Assembly: GCA_052327205.1 (NCBI GenBank)
Contig: CM126214.1
Span: 31,248,001-31,312,000 of the forward strand
Direction: 5' to 3'
Length of the DNA: 64,000 nt
Source of the DNA: Somniosus microcephalus
Lineage: Eukaryota
The notes under the pieces were generated by a model that was not told the origin of the DNA, searched no databases, and worked only from the letters and a program-made list of their open reading frames with translations. How positions within the stretch are numbered: position 1 is the stretch's first letter; each line of letters begins with the position of its first letter. Positions 12,238-25,369 of this stretch are shown one piece after another. The translations under genes and the position numbers were made by a program.

Positions 12238-13960
12238 GGGCTGGATTTTGCCGGCGCTCAGAGGGCAGGTTTGGAGGTGGGTCCGCTGTCAAAATAGCAA
12301 AGATCGACAGCGGGTAGGAAACCCGCCTCCACGCGAGTCTCCCAGGTGTCGGGTCTGTCAAAGGAGAACTGACCCGACACCAAGCGGTGGGGGGAGACAA
12401 TTGAGCTCATTAAATGGCTTGTTAACAGCCAATTTAATGGTATTTTGAGGCTTCCTTCCAAATTTAGGTGCTCCCCCACGGGTTAGCCGCTGCTCAGGGA
12501 ACACGCCAGCTCACCCTGGCTTGAGTTCAGTCTGCTCTGATGTATCTGATAAGCTGACAGCTGCAGAAGTGATGTAAAGGATGCCATGTTGCAGATGGTC
12601 AGCTTCAGAGCGCAGAAACTGTTGGTTACTTATAGAGATTTCTTTAGCTTGCAAGTGTTGAGAGGCAACTGTATGTCCAGTGCCACCTCATTGGAACAAC
12701 CTCTCTCACCACTGACATATCGCTTCTGTCATCTCACCTGCAGCTGCCATCTATTGCAGCAACATCGGTGCCTGAAAAATTTTCTCGCCTTGCTCCTCTG
12801 ATTCCTTCCACGCTCAGCCCCAACACCAACATCACCAGGCATACCAGCAGCACCAACTGCCATCACCTGATGCTGCAAAGGACACAGGGCATCAGCCCCT
12901 GGCAACATTGCTGCCTTGGAGGCCAGCAATGGCATCACCATGGCCAGGTTAACTTCACTTGACGCTGTACACCCTGGCTGCCACATGATGCGCCAGGTTG
13001 ACACCATCCCACACCATCACCGTAAAACATCCCTTTAATGTCCAAGCCATTCCATGCACACTCATCACTATAGCGGGGGGGGGGGGGGGGGTTATGTCTC
13101 AACATTCACTGGAACTCAGTAAGACACTTCTCAAGGTGCGCACAGATCCATCCAAAATGGGGCAGTGTTGAAAATATAGATTTCACTGTACGACAACACA
13201 TTACCAGAAACTTTACATGGACATTGGTTAAACCTCTCAAGTGCTTACCCTTGTGTGTTGTTAGTTGGTATGATTGCACTAGGATGAGGGTGAGTGTGAT
13301 GGGTGGCTAGTGAGATGGGGAAGTGTTAATGTAGATAGAGAGGGATGGGTGGAGGTGCAAGGTAAGTTGGTGTGAGTAAGGATGTGCAGGAGTAGGGTAG
13401 GGAAGGCAGAGTGATGGGGGTGTGTTGAGTGGCATAGCAGGGTGAGTTTGAGCGTGGCTTTGAAGTAACATTTCGTGTTCCACTGAGATCATTGAAAGGT
13501 TGGTGCCACTACAGCCAGGGACTCCACACGACATCCCTGCTTTTGCCCTCCTGTGCAATGTGCAACCAGGCTGCACTGGTGTCCTGGGGAGGTCTCGTCC
13601 GCCCTTGGAAGGGAAGATAACCTCCCTGCATGCTGTGACTCCCTCCATAAGCATATAGAGGGAGTCATTGGAGAGCCCGGGTGCAACCGTCCACCTCTGT
13701 GCAGTGCTCGTCAGTGTTTGCAGCACCTCAATGCTGTAAAACACTGACAGAACAACTGTCAAAAACGCAATATGGCTGTGGTCCCTTTAAGGAAATCGGC
13801 TAATGACGCATCATCAAATCCGCTTCCTGTTAATTGGCCGGGAAGCCCACAGGGCGGGATTAACAAGGCCAATCAAGGGAAAATCCCATTGCCAGCTTTG
13901 ATAGAGCGGCTGCAGCCGGGAACGGGACTGGAAGCCTACACCGCTGAGAAAATCCAGCCC
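12238..13960. mobile_element. Internally deleted PIF/Harbinger DNA transposon
   Basis: Perfect 12-bp TIRs GGGCTGGATTTT ... AAAATCCAGCCC. Flanks are GTT / ATT (near-match 3-bp TSD). Contains a decayed Myb/SANT-like coding region on the minus strand. Confidence 0.8.
13470..13715 (-). pseudogene. Frameshifted Myb/SANT-like DNA-binding domain of Harbinger ORF2
   Basis: VAPGLSNDSLYMLMEGVTACREVIFP, then after a frameshift AWLHIAQE...W..W*W..FNDL. This matches the pattern APRFS..L..L...V..R...LF / W..IA / W.QC.K.FNDL of Harbinger Myb-like proteins. Confidence 0.65.
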
Positions 13961-14100
13961 ATTAGCTCAAAGTCATATACATGCAAGGCCAAAAACTAGC
14001 ACCATCTAATATGCTCCATGCCCTCTTTGCTCATGGTGACAAATGAAGTATATTCAGCATAGTTCATTTATTACTAAATAAAACTGCCACTAAAAACTAG

Positions 14101-14684
14101 GGGGGCTAAATTCGGTTGATTTGTGCCTCCCGTTAGCGCCCTAAGGGGGCGCAAATCAACTAGCGCCTGGGTACGGCACCGCTAACGCCTCCCGCGAAAT
14201 TCAATGACATCATCGCCATGCGCAGAGTCCTGCTCGCGCCCCGGTTGTAATATTGGGTGGCGCCCCCCGACTTAACGCCGAACGCTATGTCTGCTGGGGT
14301 CAGGGGGACCTACCTGCGGTCGGGGCGGCGCTAAAGGGGAGGTGGTGGGCAGCCATTTTTATTGCTGGCCGCCTGCCAGCACCTTCCCCCGTTGCGGTCC
14401 CCGGCCCCTGTGAAGTGTCAGCTGCTCTCCATGAGCCCGGCACTCCTCTTGAGTGTCGGGCTCGTTTGCCGGCACTCCCGATCCGTGGTGGCCCAGCTGG
14501 GCGCCAGGATGCACTGCGCCAGGCCCATCCCCTTTAATAATATTGCCTCGCAGCGCCCCAAGAGGGATGCAGAGCACTTCCAGTAGCGCCCCTCCTTCCT
14601 CTCAGGGTGCTATCTGGGAAAATCCTCCACGGGGGTGCTTTAGCGCCCCGGCGAAGGTAGCGCCCCCCTTTCAATTTTTACCCC
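14101..14684. mobile_element. GC-rich Harbinger-type MITE
   Basis: TAG|GGGGGCTAAATT ... AATTTTTACCCC|TAG (3-bp TSD, imperfect TIR). The TAGCGCC motif is repeated near both ends. Confidence 0.7.
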
Positions 14685-15482
14685 TAGGATTCTTCTGAAT
14701 GGGCAATGTGCAGATAACAAGCTGCATTGTGGTAATATTTCTATAGTTCTATAGTTTTACCCTACACTTGTACAGGATAAACAATGCATAGTGAGCTTGC
14801 TTGTTAATTGGCACATTTGTCCTGTGGTTCCATTCAGAATTCAGCTCCTGACGCTCTTTATTTTCCACTGCCCAGCAGCAGTACTCTGCCTCATGCTAGT
14901 GGTGTGTTTCATTCCATGGTACCACATCGTCAAGGAAATACCAACTCAGTCTGTATCCCAATGGAACAATCTAACCTCAGAACATTGGGTTCTTGAAGTT
15001 GTGACTCAAGATTATTTGATCTATTTTGAATCAGGTTTGCTCAGTTTTACAAGCATCAATTAATCCACTCCACAAAGCCGTATGTTGTTCCAAGAGGTGG
15101 AGAAGAGATCACAGGATTCAATAACTCAGTTCAGGTCAGGCAGCAAGTGGATCTTTGCCCTATTATTCATGACTCCCAAGTATGTCACAAATGGGTTCTT
15201 GGAGTCCAACAGTACAGGCATCTTTCTGGGAGACTGAATGCATGCAACAAATTATATCGAGCCATTTTTACCATATGCCTCTATTATAATCTTGCTTCAA
15301 ATAACTAGAGTTTTCACTTCAGTCAGCCAGCTCCTATTTGAGCTAGCTTCCATCCTGTAAGTATTCACCAAGATATCTGCTGTAGTTGCATATTACTTAA
15401 GAAGAAATGACTTGCATATTTACTCATACCGAGATAACTGGATGTTCAGAGCTTCTTTCTAGCAGTAAGCTCAATAATAAGT

Positions 15483-15722
15483 GACACTATTTGAAGACGA
15501 GCAAGGGGTTTCCACAGTGTCCAGGCCAACATTCCTCTTTCAACCGGCACCATCAAAAAACAGATCACCTGGTCACTCTGCTGTTTGTGGGACCTTCCTG
15601 TCTGCAAATTGGCTGCCGTGTTTGTCTACATAACAATAGTGATTGCAATTTTAAAACAATCCGGTGGTTATAAAGCACTTTGGGACATCCCAAGGACTAG
15701 GCATTATATAAATTTAAATGCT
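15483..15722 (+). mobile_element. Deu-domain SINE (SacSINE1-like) 3' fragment
   Basis: CTATTTGAAGA.GAGCA...GCTGTTTGTGGGACCTT...AAATTGGCTGCCG...AAAGCACTTTGGGACATCC...TATATAAAT. The family name is from recall. Confidence 0.7.
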
Positions 15723-16109
15723 TCTGTTAAATGGAAAAAGATTACTTTCGTCCAGCACACCTCAATGGCAAGGCCACATTTAGAAAGATATTAATGGATT
15801 GGAGCATGTTCAGAAAAAAACAAGAATGATTCTCAGAGTTAAAACTCTGAAATTGTGATGGCAGACTTACATGATCAAGCTTGTTTTTGTCAGAGAGAAG
15901 GAAAGAAATGTGTTCTGTGGGGATGGCTTTCATGTTCATTATTAATAGCAAAACAGCGTATAATGGATACATTAATTATTTTGCTATAAATAGCAAACAG
16001 CAGAAGTCTTGCCCTTCGCATTTAGAAATGCTGAAAGAGATGGATACTATTGATTTAGCAAGCCTTATTCAGCCAGTCTTTACCCCTTTCCTCCTCTCCT
16101 GTCTTTAAG

Positions 16110-16445
16110 GGGGTAACTCATGCGAGGTTACCTTTCATCCTCAAAACCATTCTTCACCTAGAAGCCTTGTGAATGATTACTGGCAGGCTATTTGGGGGGT
16201 GTGGAGGAGAAAGAGACATCAGAGCTGGGTTCATCCCCATCCTGGCATAATGTTCACATACAGGCACCTTCCAGCAGAAGTCATTAGATAAAGATCAAGT
16301 ACAAAAATCCCAGGCTCATTTTTCTTCTCCCCAAACCAGGCACCTTTAAGCAAAATGTAGTGCATCCAGTGCACTCCCATGCCTGAAGTGAACTAATTCA
16401 GCACAGATCAGGGACTTTCTGATCTGTATGGTTCAGTTTATACAG
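16110..16445 (-). mobile_element. Old SINE-like interspersed repeat (second copy on + at about 41590-41800)
   Basis: Shares blocks in reverse orientation with 41590-41800 (GTCCC.G, GACCCCTGCTGGA, GATCAGC, TGAA.AATGG). Confidence 0.45.
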
Positions 16446-17639
16446 TGCAACCTGCCAAGAAAGGGGGAAGCCCTAAGCAAGCTAGTTAATTAAAATTATG
16501 TTCATAGAAACAGAGGACACAAGTAAAAAAAAGTCTCAAATGAGACTTGAGATTTTGATTCTCTGTACAGCAGTAGATAAAGTAGGTGGAATAGACTCCC
16601 ATCAAAAGCAGCTACTGCCAAAATTGAAAAGAGCTCAATATCTGGTAAAGAATTGGATTGCAGGTTACAAGGAGAGATATAAATATTGATGATCAAATAC
16701 TTTCATGAAACAATGATTCCAGTGCTGCTACCGTGGATATATCATGGCCGTCATTCCCAGTCACTTAATTTAAATAATGACAGCAGGAACCGGCAACACT
16801 AGGGGTGCATTTCAGGTACCACCTGCCAAAGGAGGCCAGAAATTACAGCCTAAGGTGCTGGCTGGGGGAGGGCGCACGGCCCCCACTTAAAAAATGTCAC
16901 AATGCTGGCCATCAAATTTATCCGTTAAACCATTTCTCCTGAATGGACACTTCACTTACTGGTGTTACATCAGATGTTTCTTACATTTTGGGCTTTAACA
17001 TTGTTCCCCCCCGCCCCCCCAAACAGAACATCCAACTGTTAACCTTTTATTTAGGGTATGGAAACTATGCTATCTGGAACAGGATGGTCTGTCTATCAGC
17101 AGGGTGGGACATTTCCAGCATACGTTTCCTCCCCTATCACTAATCACAGCAAAGATTTGTAAAGCCAACATCATGGCTGAATCTGGTAGTTTCCTCCTTG
17201 TGCTGTCAGTTATTTTTCTGCAGATGATTTTGTGGTGTCCTCCTCAAAAGGAGAACCTTCCCTCCCAATTTCAACGAGATATTCTGATCTCTTGCTTTCA
17301 AGTAATGGATTGACCACTGAATGATTAACTTCCAAGCATTCTAGATATTGAAGACGTAGTAACTGATGTTGTCTGAACACATGAAAATATACCGCTGTTC
17401 ATTTTCAGAGCTTGGAGAGTACAAGAGATGAACTTAGCAAAAGGCTGTTAAGCATAATAATAACACATTTGTTTCAGTATCATAACACAAGAGTTATTAA
17501 TAAGAAAATTAGCATCTAAAGGATAAAAGTGGTAGAGCAATTTAAGATAACGGAAAAACAGTAGCATCAATTAATTATTTTCTAGAAATATTCATTAAGG
17601 AAGAAAATACTGACTTGCTAACTAATTGGACTGTAGTAT

Positions 17640-19880
17640 AATAGTATACAAGAGTTTGAATTAGTGTGGAGGAAATACTTGGTGAGTTAAAGAAACTGAG
17701 AATCAACCAATCCCCTGAATCAAGTGACAAATATCCGAGAGTGAAGATTAGGGAAGAAGTTTGTGGGCACTGGCTATAGTCATCAAAGAATGATTGGTTG
17801 CTGCTGAAAGTTAGCAAATCGAGCATCTATATTTATAAAAGGAGAATAAATCTGAGCCAGCCAACTACTAACCCATTAGCCCAACGTCAATAGGGGTTAA
17901 AATACTGGAAACCATTCTAAGGAGTGGGTTGCACAAGTGCCTATGTACAAATAGCTTAAGAAGAAACAGCCAATATGGATTTAGAAGAGGTAAATTCTGC
18001 ATGACAAACCTTCTCAACTAGTTTGAGGACATTACAAATAAGGTTGAATCCCCTCTGACTTATGTTGTCCCTTAGTAACATCATCCGGAGGCATGGGGCA
18101 AGTTTCGCTATGTACACCAATGATACCCACCCCTGACCCTTTAAACTCCACATGCTATCCATCACCAGGACCACTTATTTGCACCTCCTCAACAATGCCC
18201 GCTCCATCTCTCCATCACTGATTGATGCCTTTGTCATTTCCAGACTTGACTGCTCCAAAGCCCTCCTTACTGGCCTTCCAGTTTCCTCCATCCATAAACA
18301 CCAACTTGTCCAAAACTGTGCTGCCTGTGTCTTAGTCAGGCCGAATTTGGAATACTGTGTCCCGTTTTGGTCTCCTCACATGGTGGGTGATATTGAGGCT
18401 TTGGAGAGGGTGCAGTGGAGGGCACTAGACTAATTCCCAGTCTAAAGGATCTTAGTTATCAAGATAGGCTAAAAGAGTTGGGACCCTACACTTTAGAGAA
18501 AAGTAGACTTAGGGGTGATCTGATTGAGGTTTATAAGATAATGAAGGGAATAGATTGTGTTCCAGTTGACAGTTTGTTTCAATTTAATAGGTTAGAGAGG
18601 ACCAAGGGGGTCACAAATTTAAGTTGTATAAGGCTAGATCTCAGTTAGATGTCGGGAGGTGGTTCTTTTCCCAGAGAATAGTGGACCTCTGGAACAGGCT
18701 GCCGTCTCGTGCGGTGAATGCTGATTCTCTGAATTCCTTCGAGCGAGAGCTGGACCTGTTTCTGGCTGGGGCGGGGATCACCTCTTACAGAAGGTGGGTA
18801 CTGCAGGGAATTCCGAGCCAGAGTGATCTCCTGGGCTAGTTTCGATCGCCTAGATGGGTCAGAGAGGAATTTCCCAGATTTATTCCCCCCAAATTGGCCT
18901 GGGTTTTTTATTTATTTTTGCCTCTCCCAGGAGATCACCTGGTTTTGGGTGGGTGGAGTTTTTATGTTGTGATACACAAGGTATCGCAATTGTGTGGGAC
19001 AGGCTCGATGGACCAGAGGGTCTTTGCCTGTCTGTCATTGTTCGTATGTTCTGCATCAAGACCCACTTACCCATCACCCTCTTTCTTCCTAACTTTCACT
19101 GTCACCCCCCCCCTCCCCCGAAACCTTAAATTTAAATTCTCATCTATAAGTCCCTCCATGGATTTTCCCCACCTCCAGCCCTATAACCCCTCTCAAACAC
19201 TATATTCCTGTGACTTTGGAGTTCTGTTAATTCCACCCCACTCCACCCCCCCACCACCACTTTGCCCCATCACTGATGGCAGAGTCTTCAGCTGCCTCAG
19301 TCCTATTCTCCCTTCTCTAATACTCGCCACCTCTCTCTCTGCCTTTAAAGATCTTCTCAAAATCCATTTCTTCAACTAGGCTTTGAATCACCCCTCCTAA
19401 TCTCTCAAACTTGGCACAGCGCCCATTTTCTGTGAAAAGTTTTGGGATGTTTCATTACATTAAAAGGACTAAGCAAATTCAACCTGTTGTTACTGTAGCT
19501 TATTTGCATTTTCAGAAAACATTTCACAAATGCTCGCAGGAAGGACTTCTAACAAAACTAAAAATCATGGGAATCCAGAAATAACAAGAGTCTGAACAAG
19601 GGTTGTATTAAAAAAGGAAACAGAGTATTCTTGAGAGATACAATGGCAGACATTGGGATGGACATGTATTGAAGAGGATACAGAGTTAAAGGAGCCCCTA
19701 ACCCTATCAAACTGATTAAAGTATTAAACGCTATAGACAAGATGAACCAAGAGCATGACCCCAAGATATGTAAGGCCAGTACAAGAGAGTGTAAATTTAA
19801 ATTTGCCAAAAGTAAATCTTAGACAGATATTAGAAAAGATGTATTTACTCAAAGGGTGGTACATTTGGAATAATCTCCTA
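17640..19880 (+). mobile_element. Nested LINE cluster: old CR1 containing an L2 3' end, which contains a younger CR1
   Basis: Old CR1 RT (NY.PISPTS, YGFRRGKFCMTNL) runs to about 18050 and resumes at about 19495 (FQKTFHK). L2 (FVISRLDC, LVQNCAACV) occupies 18050-18330 and 19051-19490. Young CR1 occupies 18331-19050. Confidence 0.8.
18331..19050 (+). mobile_element. 5'-truncated CR1 LINE with 3' UTR
   Basis: LVRPNLEYCVPFWSPH, RLRGDLIEVYKIMKG and FFSQRIVDLWNRLP. It ends GATGGACCAGAGGGTCTTT...GTTCGTATGTT. Confidence 0.9.
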
Positions 19881-21073
19881 GGTAAGGGTTAATAGTATAT
19901 TCTCATTGGTTTTCATTCAAGAACAATTCTGTTCAAAGATTTAGGACAAAAGTATTAAGGGAAAACAATGCCTAACGGAGTAAGATTGTACAACTTTTAA
20001 CAAGACTGTACAGTCTCCCATTAGACCACCGACAAATTAAATATTTAGTTTTCTCTGCTTTGTTGCATTTGTAAATGGCTTGCATTTACAGCCAAAAGGG
20101 ATCACAGTAGAAATAGAGTTTTGTGCATTTTCTATCCATTTCCTCATTACTCACTTCTGTGTTGCTGCAGAAACCACAGTCCTTAAAAATTGGCGAACAA
20201 GATGATCTAAAAAAAATTCTACATAAAAGCAGTGGTGCAGTTATAGCTGCTTGTTGCAGGTTTACTATTAGTTTATATGTTTACATCCATCAGACTGGAT
20301 TGTGGCTTGCTAGATTGTGTATCATATGTTCTCCCTCCTCGCAGCCAGTTTCACACTGTGTCTTATTTTCTTTTCCATGGAAAAGAAACTCTGGCACAGT
20401 GTAAAAACAGAGTAAGGACTCGCTATCAACCCGCTTTACACCTGGCATTGACCAACTTCACCCACATGTGCTCACAAATGTAATACTATACTACACAACC
20501 TTTGAATATCTGGTTTGCAAATGATCAAAGATGGCAATAGAAACACACGTCTATGGCAATTTTTGTGACTACGGTGTCAAAATGTGATATTAATATAAAA
20601 TTACTAATACGAGTATCGCAGATCTAAAATTTTCTCCAGATTTGCTGTACTGTAGATCTGCATATCTGCTGCCATGTTTCATTGCTACGGTGGCAGATTA
20701 AACTGTTCTACAGTGTTACAGTCCCACAGCTGTGCTTCTTCCCAAACATCCCTAATGATTTACCACATTCTGGAATATATCTATCCATATAATAATTTTG
20801 TGCCTTTACTGCCCATCTATCTGAATTCTCATCTAACATGATCATTGAAGACTCATGTCTAATCTTTCTAATTGGTTGTGTGTTTCTACTGTGACTAGTG
20901 TATAGAGTGTAATTTCTGATTAGTTATTCTTGTGACCTACACATTGTACCATTGTTTTCTGTGCCATACAGCTACTATGAGAGCTCTCTGCATCATAGTC
21001 ATTATTAAAGTTAAACTGGTAGATTGTAACAGTGGTTACCACTTACATGAAGTGATTTGCTATCGTACATGAA

Positions 21074-21575
21074 GTGAGCCTTTGGCTTAGTGGTAAACAT
21101 TCCCGCCTCCGAGTCAGAAGGTGAAAGTTTCGAGCCTCACTGCAGATAACCCTGGTGAGTGGAGACTAGAATAAGATCTCTAAATGCGGACATTCAGTGG
21201 GGTACTCACATCCAGACAGAGTGAGCACTGGCTCAGTGGTAGCATTACTGGCTCAGAGTCAGAGGGCTGGGTTCAGGTCCCACTCCAGACAGCCCTAGCG
21301 AGCGGAGACTGGAGTGCTGGCTCTAAATACTGAACTGACATCCAGTGGGGGTACTTGTATCTGATAGGTGTGGGTTCCCCCCTCCTCCCAGCGTAAAATG
21401 GTTGTTAGGGTTCTTTGGCCTTGGCTGCAGACCACCTAGGAAGTGGTACTCTGAAGATAAAAACTGTTAGGAAGGCAATGGTAACCACCTCAGCTACTCT
21501 TCCCTAGTAAGTGGCTCAGGAATCTCGAGAGACTCGAGTTAGGGGCTACAGTTGGACGGAACACAATGGACGGGT
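21074..21575 (+). mobile_element. Dimeric tRNA-derived SINE with RTE-like tail
   Basis: Two ~147-bp units (starting 21074 and 21221), each with an A-box TGGCT(T/C)AGTGG and a B-box-like (G)TTCGAGCC / GGTTCAGGTCC. The tail reads GGAAGGCAATGGTAACCACCTCAG. Confidence 0.6.
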
Positions 21576-23621
21576 GGACCGGTTACATTTCATTACTATG
21601 TATAAATGTATAAAGTACATTCCAAAATGAATAAACCCCGAATAGTATCTGATGTCATGGCTTTCCTATTCACACAGTCTCCTCATCGCGCTCCCACTCT
21701 CTTCTCAGCACTTGGCCTGGCACGGCAGCATTCCACTGGCTCCCACTCCTGGGCTGACTCTACTTGCTGCCACCACACTGCTCACAATCTCCCTGCTACC
21801 TGCCCACCCCATGGTCCCAACCCCAGAGACCAGAAGCAACACTGCAGGTGATCCACCAGCAATAACAACATCCTTGCATGAGAATTCTGCATTCCAAGAA
21901 ATGTGCTAATATTCTGAAATACAATACTCGCCTGTTTAGTACAAATAGGATTTATTTGCCATTATATATTTAAGTCAAAATGTTACATATCATTTAATAT
22001 GCTGACTCAAAAGGAGATTTTGATTGATTCCTATATTGATTTGTTCCCAGCAATGGCTGGTGAGCAGAATATTAAGATCAAGGCTCTTATGTGATAAAGA
22101 GCAAAACATTCAAAAATATTGCAACTTCACAAAATGGAGTGAGCAACAAAACCCCCAAAGAAACAAGAGTAAAGTAAGGCTGTAATTTGTTAATAAAACA
22201 TTCAGTACCATTGCCATATCTATTCAGTGTGTTGCCCTGCCCATCAAGGACAGACAGATTCAGTGACAGGTTTAGAAGAAATTCCTTTTTCCTGATGGAG
22301 GAAAATGCAGAAATGTCATGGGAGCAAGGGTGCCTGAGAAATGACCACTGTTCTAAGCTACCGCTGTCCATGGAGATGACAGGGTAGCCATTTGGAATAA
22401 ACTGAGGCAATTCTAAAGTCCTGTCAGTGTCATCATTTCAAAACAGCATGACCTGACCAATTCCTTCATCGGATTTCCTTAGGGAAATTTCTTCTCCTCC
22501 CTGCATTTGTTTCGATGAATTTTTGTTTATCAAAAGTGAGGAATATTAGTGCTGGGAAATAGGACACCTTTCACATTTCAGGCACCCAGTATCAACTTTC
22601 AGTCAGGTACAGCACAACTAGAAGCAAAGTAAAGTTCCCTCCACTATGTCCCAACAATGTGCCTTAGCTCTAACTTCAGAGGAGCACCCCATACGACACC
22701 AGTGTGTCATTATCCATTCCCATCATCAGCATCCTCCAGCCTCTCTGAATGCGTGTGCCAATAACTGCTGACTTAGGGACAGTTTGTGCTTTGGATCGAA
22801 CTGTCTAAATTAATTTCAAATAGGATCTTTATAGCCAACAGAGGGCCCATCAGTCTGGAATAAATTCAAACAACTTGCAAAAGTGAAAGGCCAGCATGCA
22901 ACACAGTCCCCCAAGAATTTGTAACATTAAACACACTGCTAGTAAATTATTTGATTTTCCCTCTTGGAAGGGAGAACGAAGAAACCTAAACAGGCTAGTT
23001 TAGGTTTCCAATATATAACAAATACTCGGTCTGCCTGAGCAATGTTCTATCATGTTTCCAAATATGTAGCATCAGTAATAAAAAATATTAGTTTGAAATT
23101 TACTACACACTCTAACTTTTTGTTTGTTTTTGATATGGTTTAAAACACTGCTCCACGCACATTTTACAACCAAATTGTAACATAGAAAGCAAACTGAAAG
23201 CGAGAAAATACTATTTGGTGCATCAAACCTCTTCGTTCCAGAGACCAGGTACAATTCATCAAATCATAGGTCCTACCCCAAGTATTTAATATCACCAGGG
23301 GAAATTCCGTATAAAGACATACTGATCACCAAAGATAATTAGGCAAAACTTCAGAATATTTATCCATCTCCACATCTCTTATTTATTTAACTGTGGTGCT
23401 TCCCCCACCCCCACTGCATTCAACCCAGTTGCTAAATGCAAAACATTCATCATATCCCATGGAGTATTTGATGGTCAGAGTCTATACCTATCCATATCAC
23501 TTCCAATACCTTTCCTAACCAGATATATACCCAGTTCCACTAGCTGCTTTTGCTGGGAGCCTATTCCACTGTGAGGAAAAACATTTTTTTCCCCACTCTC
23601 TAGGCTGGCTGAAGACTTACT

Positions 23622-23922
23622 GGGGATTAAATCCATTAGCACCAGAAACGAGTGCAATTGGTACAGCCCCCAGCAGTCCGCCGGTTAGGCCACTGTCGAG
23701 CCTGAGAAAATAGTCGGAGCTTGCACAGTGCAAACTCTGGCTACTTTAAACAAATTTTGCAAAAGGAGTCCGCCTAAAAAGAAAAAGCCCTGCCCAATTT
23801 AGAAGTGACCTTGGTGCATGCGCAAATAGGAGCGGGTCTTCGGGTCTTCCTACTGCTAAATTTGCCAGAATTGCGCTTGTTTTACGCCCGCAAAACAGCG
23901 CAATGATGTTGAATTTAGGCCC
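23622..23922. mobile_element. Harbinger-type MITE (degenerate)
   Basis: GGGGATTAAATCC ... GAATTTAGGCCC|ATT, with a GC-rich interior. Confidence 0.45.
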
Positions 23923-23974
23923 CATTCATTTTAAAGTTGTCGTCCTCAAGTTATGTGCTTACACATCAAATCAT

Positions 23975-24815
23975 TGAATAGAATCTTAGAATGATACAGC
24001 ACAGAAGGAAGCCATTCAATCCATCGTGCCTGTGCCGGCTCCTTGATAGAGCTAGCCAAGTAGTCCCACTCCCCCGCTCTTTCCCCAGAGCCCTGCGATT
24101 TTTTCCCCCTTCAAGTATTTATCTAATTCCCTTTTGAAAGTTATTATTGAATCTGTTTCCACCACCCTTTCAGGCAGTTCATTCCAGATCACAACAACTC
24201 GCTGTGTAAAAAATGTTTCCTCGTGTCGCCTCTGGTTCTTTAGTCAATTACCTTAAATCTGGGTCCTCTGGTTACCGGCCCTCTGCCACTGGAAACAGCT
24301 TCTCTTTATTTACTCGATCAAAACCATTCATGATTTTGAACACCTCTATCAAATCTCTTCTTAACCTTCTCTGCTCTAAGGAGAACAACAACAGCTTCTC
24401 CAGTCTCACCACATAACTGAAGTCCCTCCCCCCGCTCCCATTCTAGTAAATCTCCTCTGCACCCTCTCAAAGGCCTTGACATCCTTCCTAACATGTGGTG
24501 CCCAGAATTGAACACAATACTCCAGCTGAGGCCAACCACTGTTTGATAAAGGTTTAGTATAACTTTCTTGCTTTTGTACTCTAGGCCTCCATTAATAAAG
24601 CCAAGGATCCATTATGCTTTTTAAACAGCCTCCTCCACTTGTCCTGCCACCTTCAATGATTTGTGTACACACCCCCAGGTCTCTCTGTTCCTGCACCCCC
24701 TTTAAAATGGTACCATTTAGTTTATATTGATTCTCCTCATTCTTCCTACCAAAATGTATCACTTCACACTTCTCTGTGTTAAATTTCAACTGTCGTGTGT
24801 CTGCCCATTTCACCT
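23975..24815 (-). mobile_element. CR1 LINE 3' portion
   Basis: ORF 24592-24930 has KWADTRQLKFNTEKCEVIHFGRKN...QEQRDLGV. The CR1 3' tail is at about 23975-24040. Confidence 0.9.
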
Positions 24816-25369
24816 GTCTAGTCCTCTTGAAGTCTGTAGAAGTCCTTCTACAATATTTCAGCATTTTAAAAGATCTGGAACATATCCTTCCCCTATTTTC
24901 TCTCCAATGAAAACAACCTTGAAGAAACAATAAAGTTTGATGTTTTCAAAGCAGAAATTTTATTCTGAAAAATTAAACCTTTTGTATACAATCACTTTTC
25001 TTTCTTTTAACTCTGTGAGTTTACTCATCAGCACCAGTTCTTTCAGGTTTTGACATCAAATACTGACCATGTCAACCTATACATTCTGGAATTGTGATTG
25101 GCTGGAATATTGGCATTTAAAGCTAGTTTCCTGTCAACTGAAATATATATTGTTTTAAGAAACTTGCTCCCACCTCCACAATGGCGAGTGGAAGCTAGAA
25201 GCTAGGTGAAACAAAGAAAAAAAAGCTAGTTAAAGGTTGAAACTTAATTTTGAGCAGAAAAATGTTAGAAAAGATATGACAGATGAGTCTAGGTTGAAAA
25301 AAGTAAAATTATAATCAAGAAAAAAATGGTCAGAGGGAAATAAAGGAGAATACGAAGAAGAGAAAAAGA

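Noticed and set aside
21074-21290. tRNA genes
   Set aside because: A/B boxes are present, but I could not form a cloverleaf and SINE-type body sequence follows.
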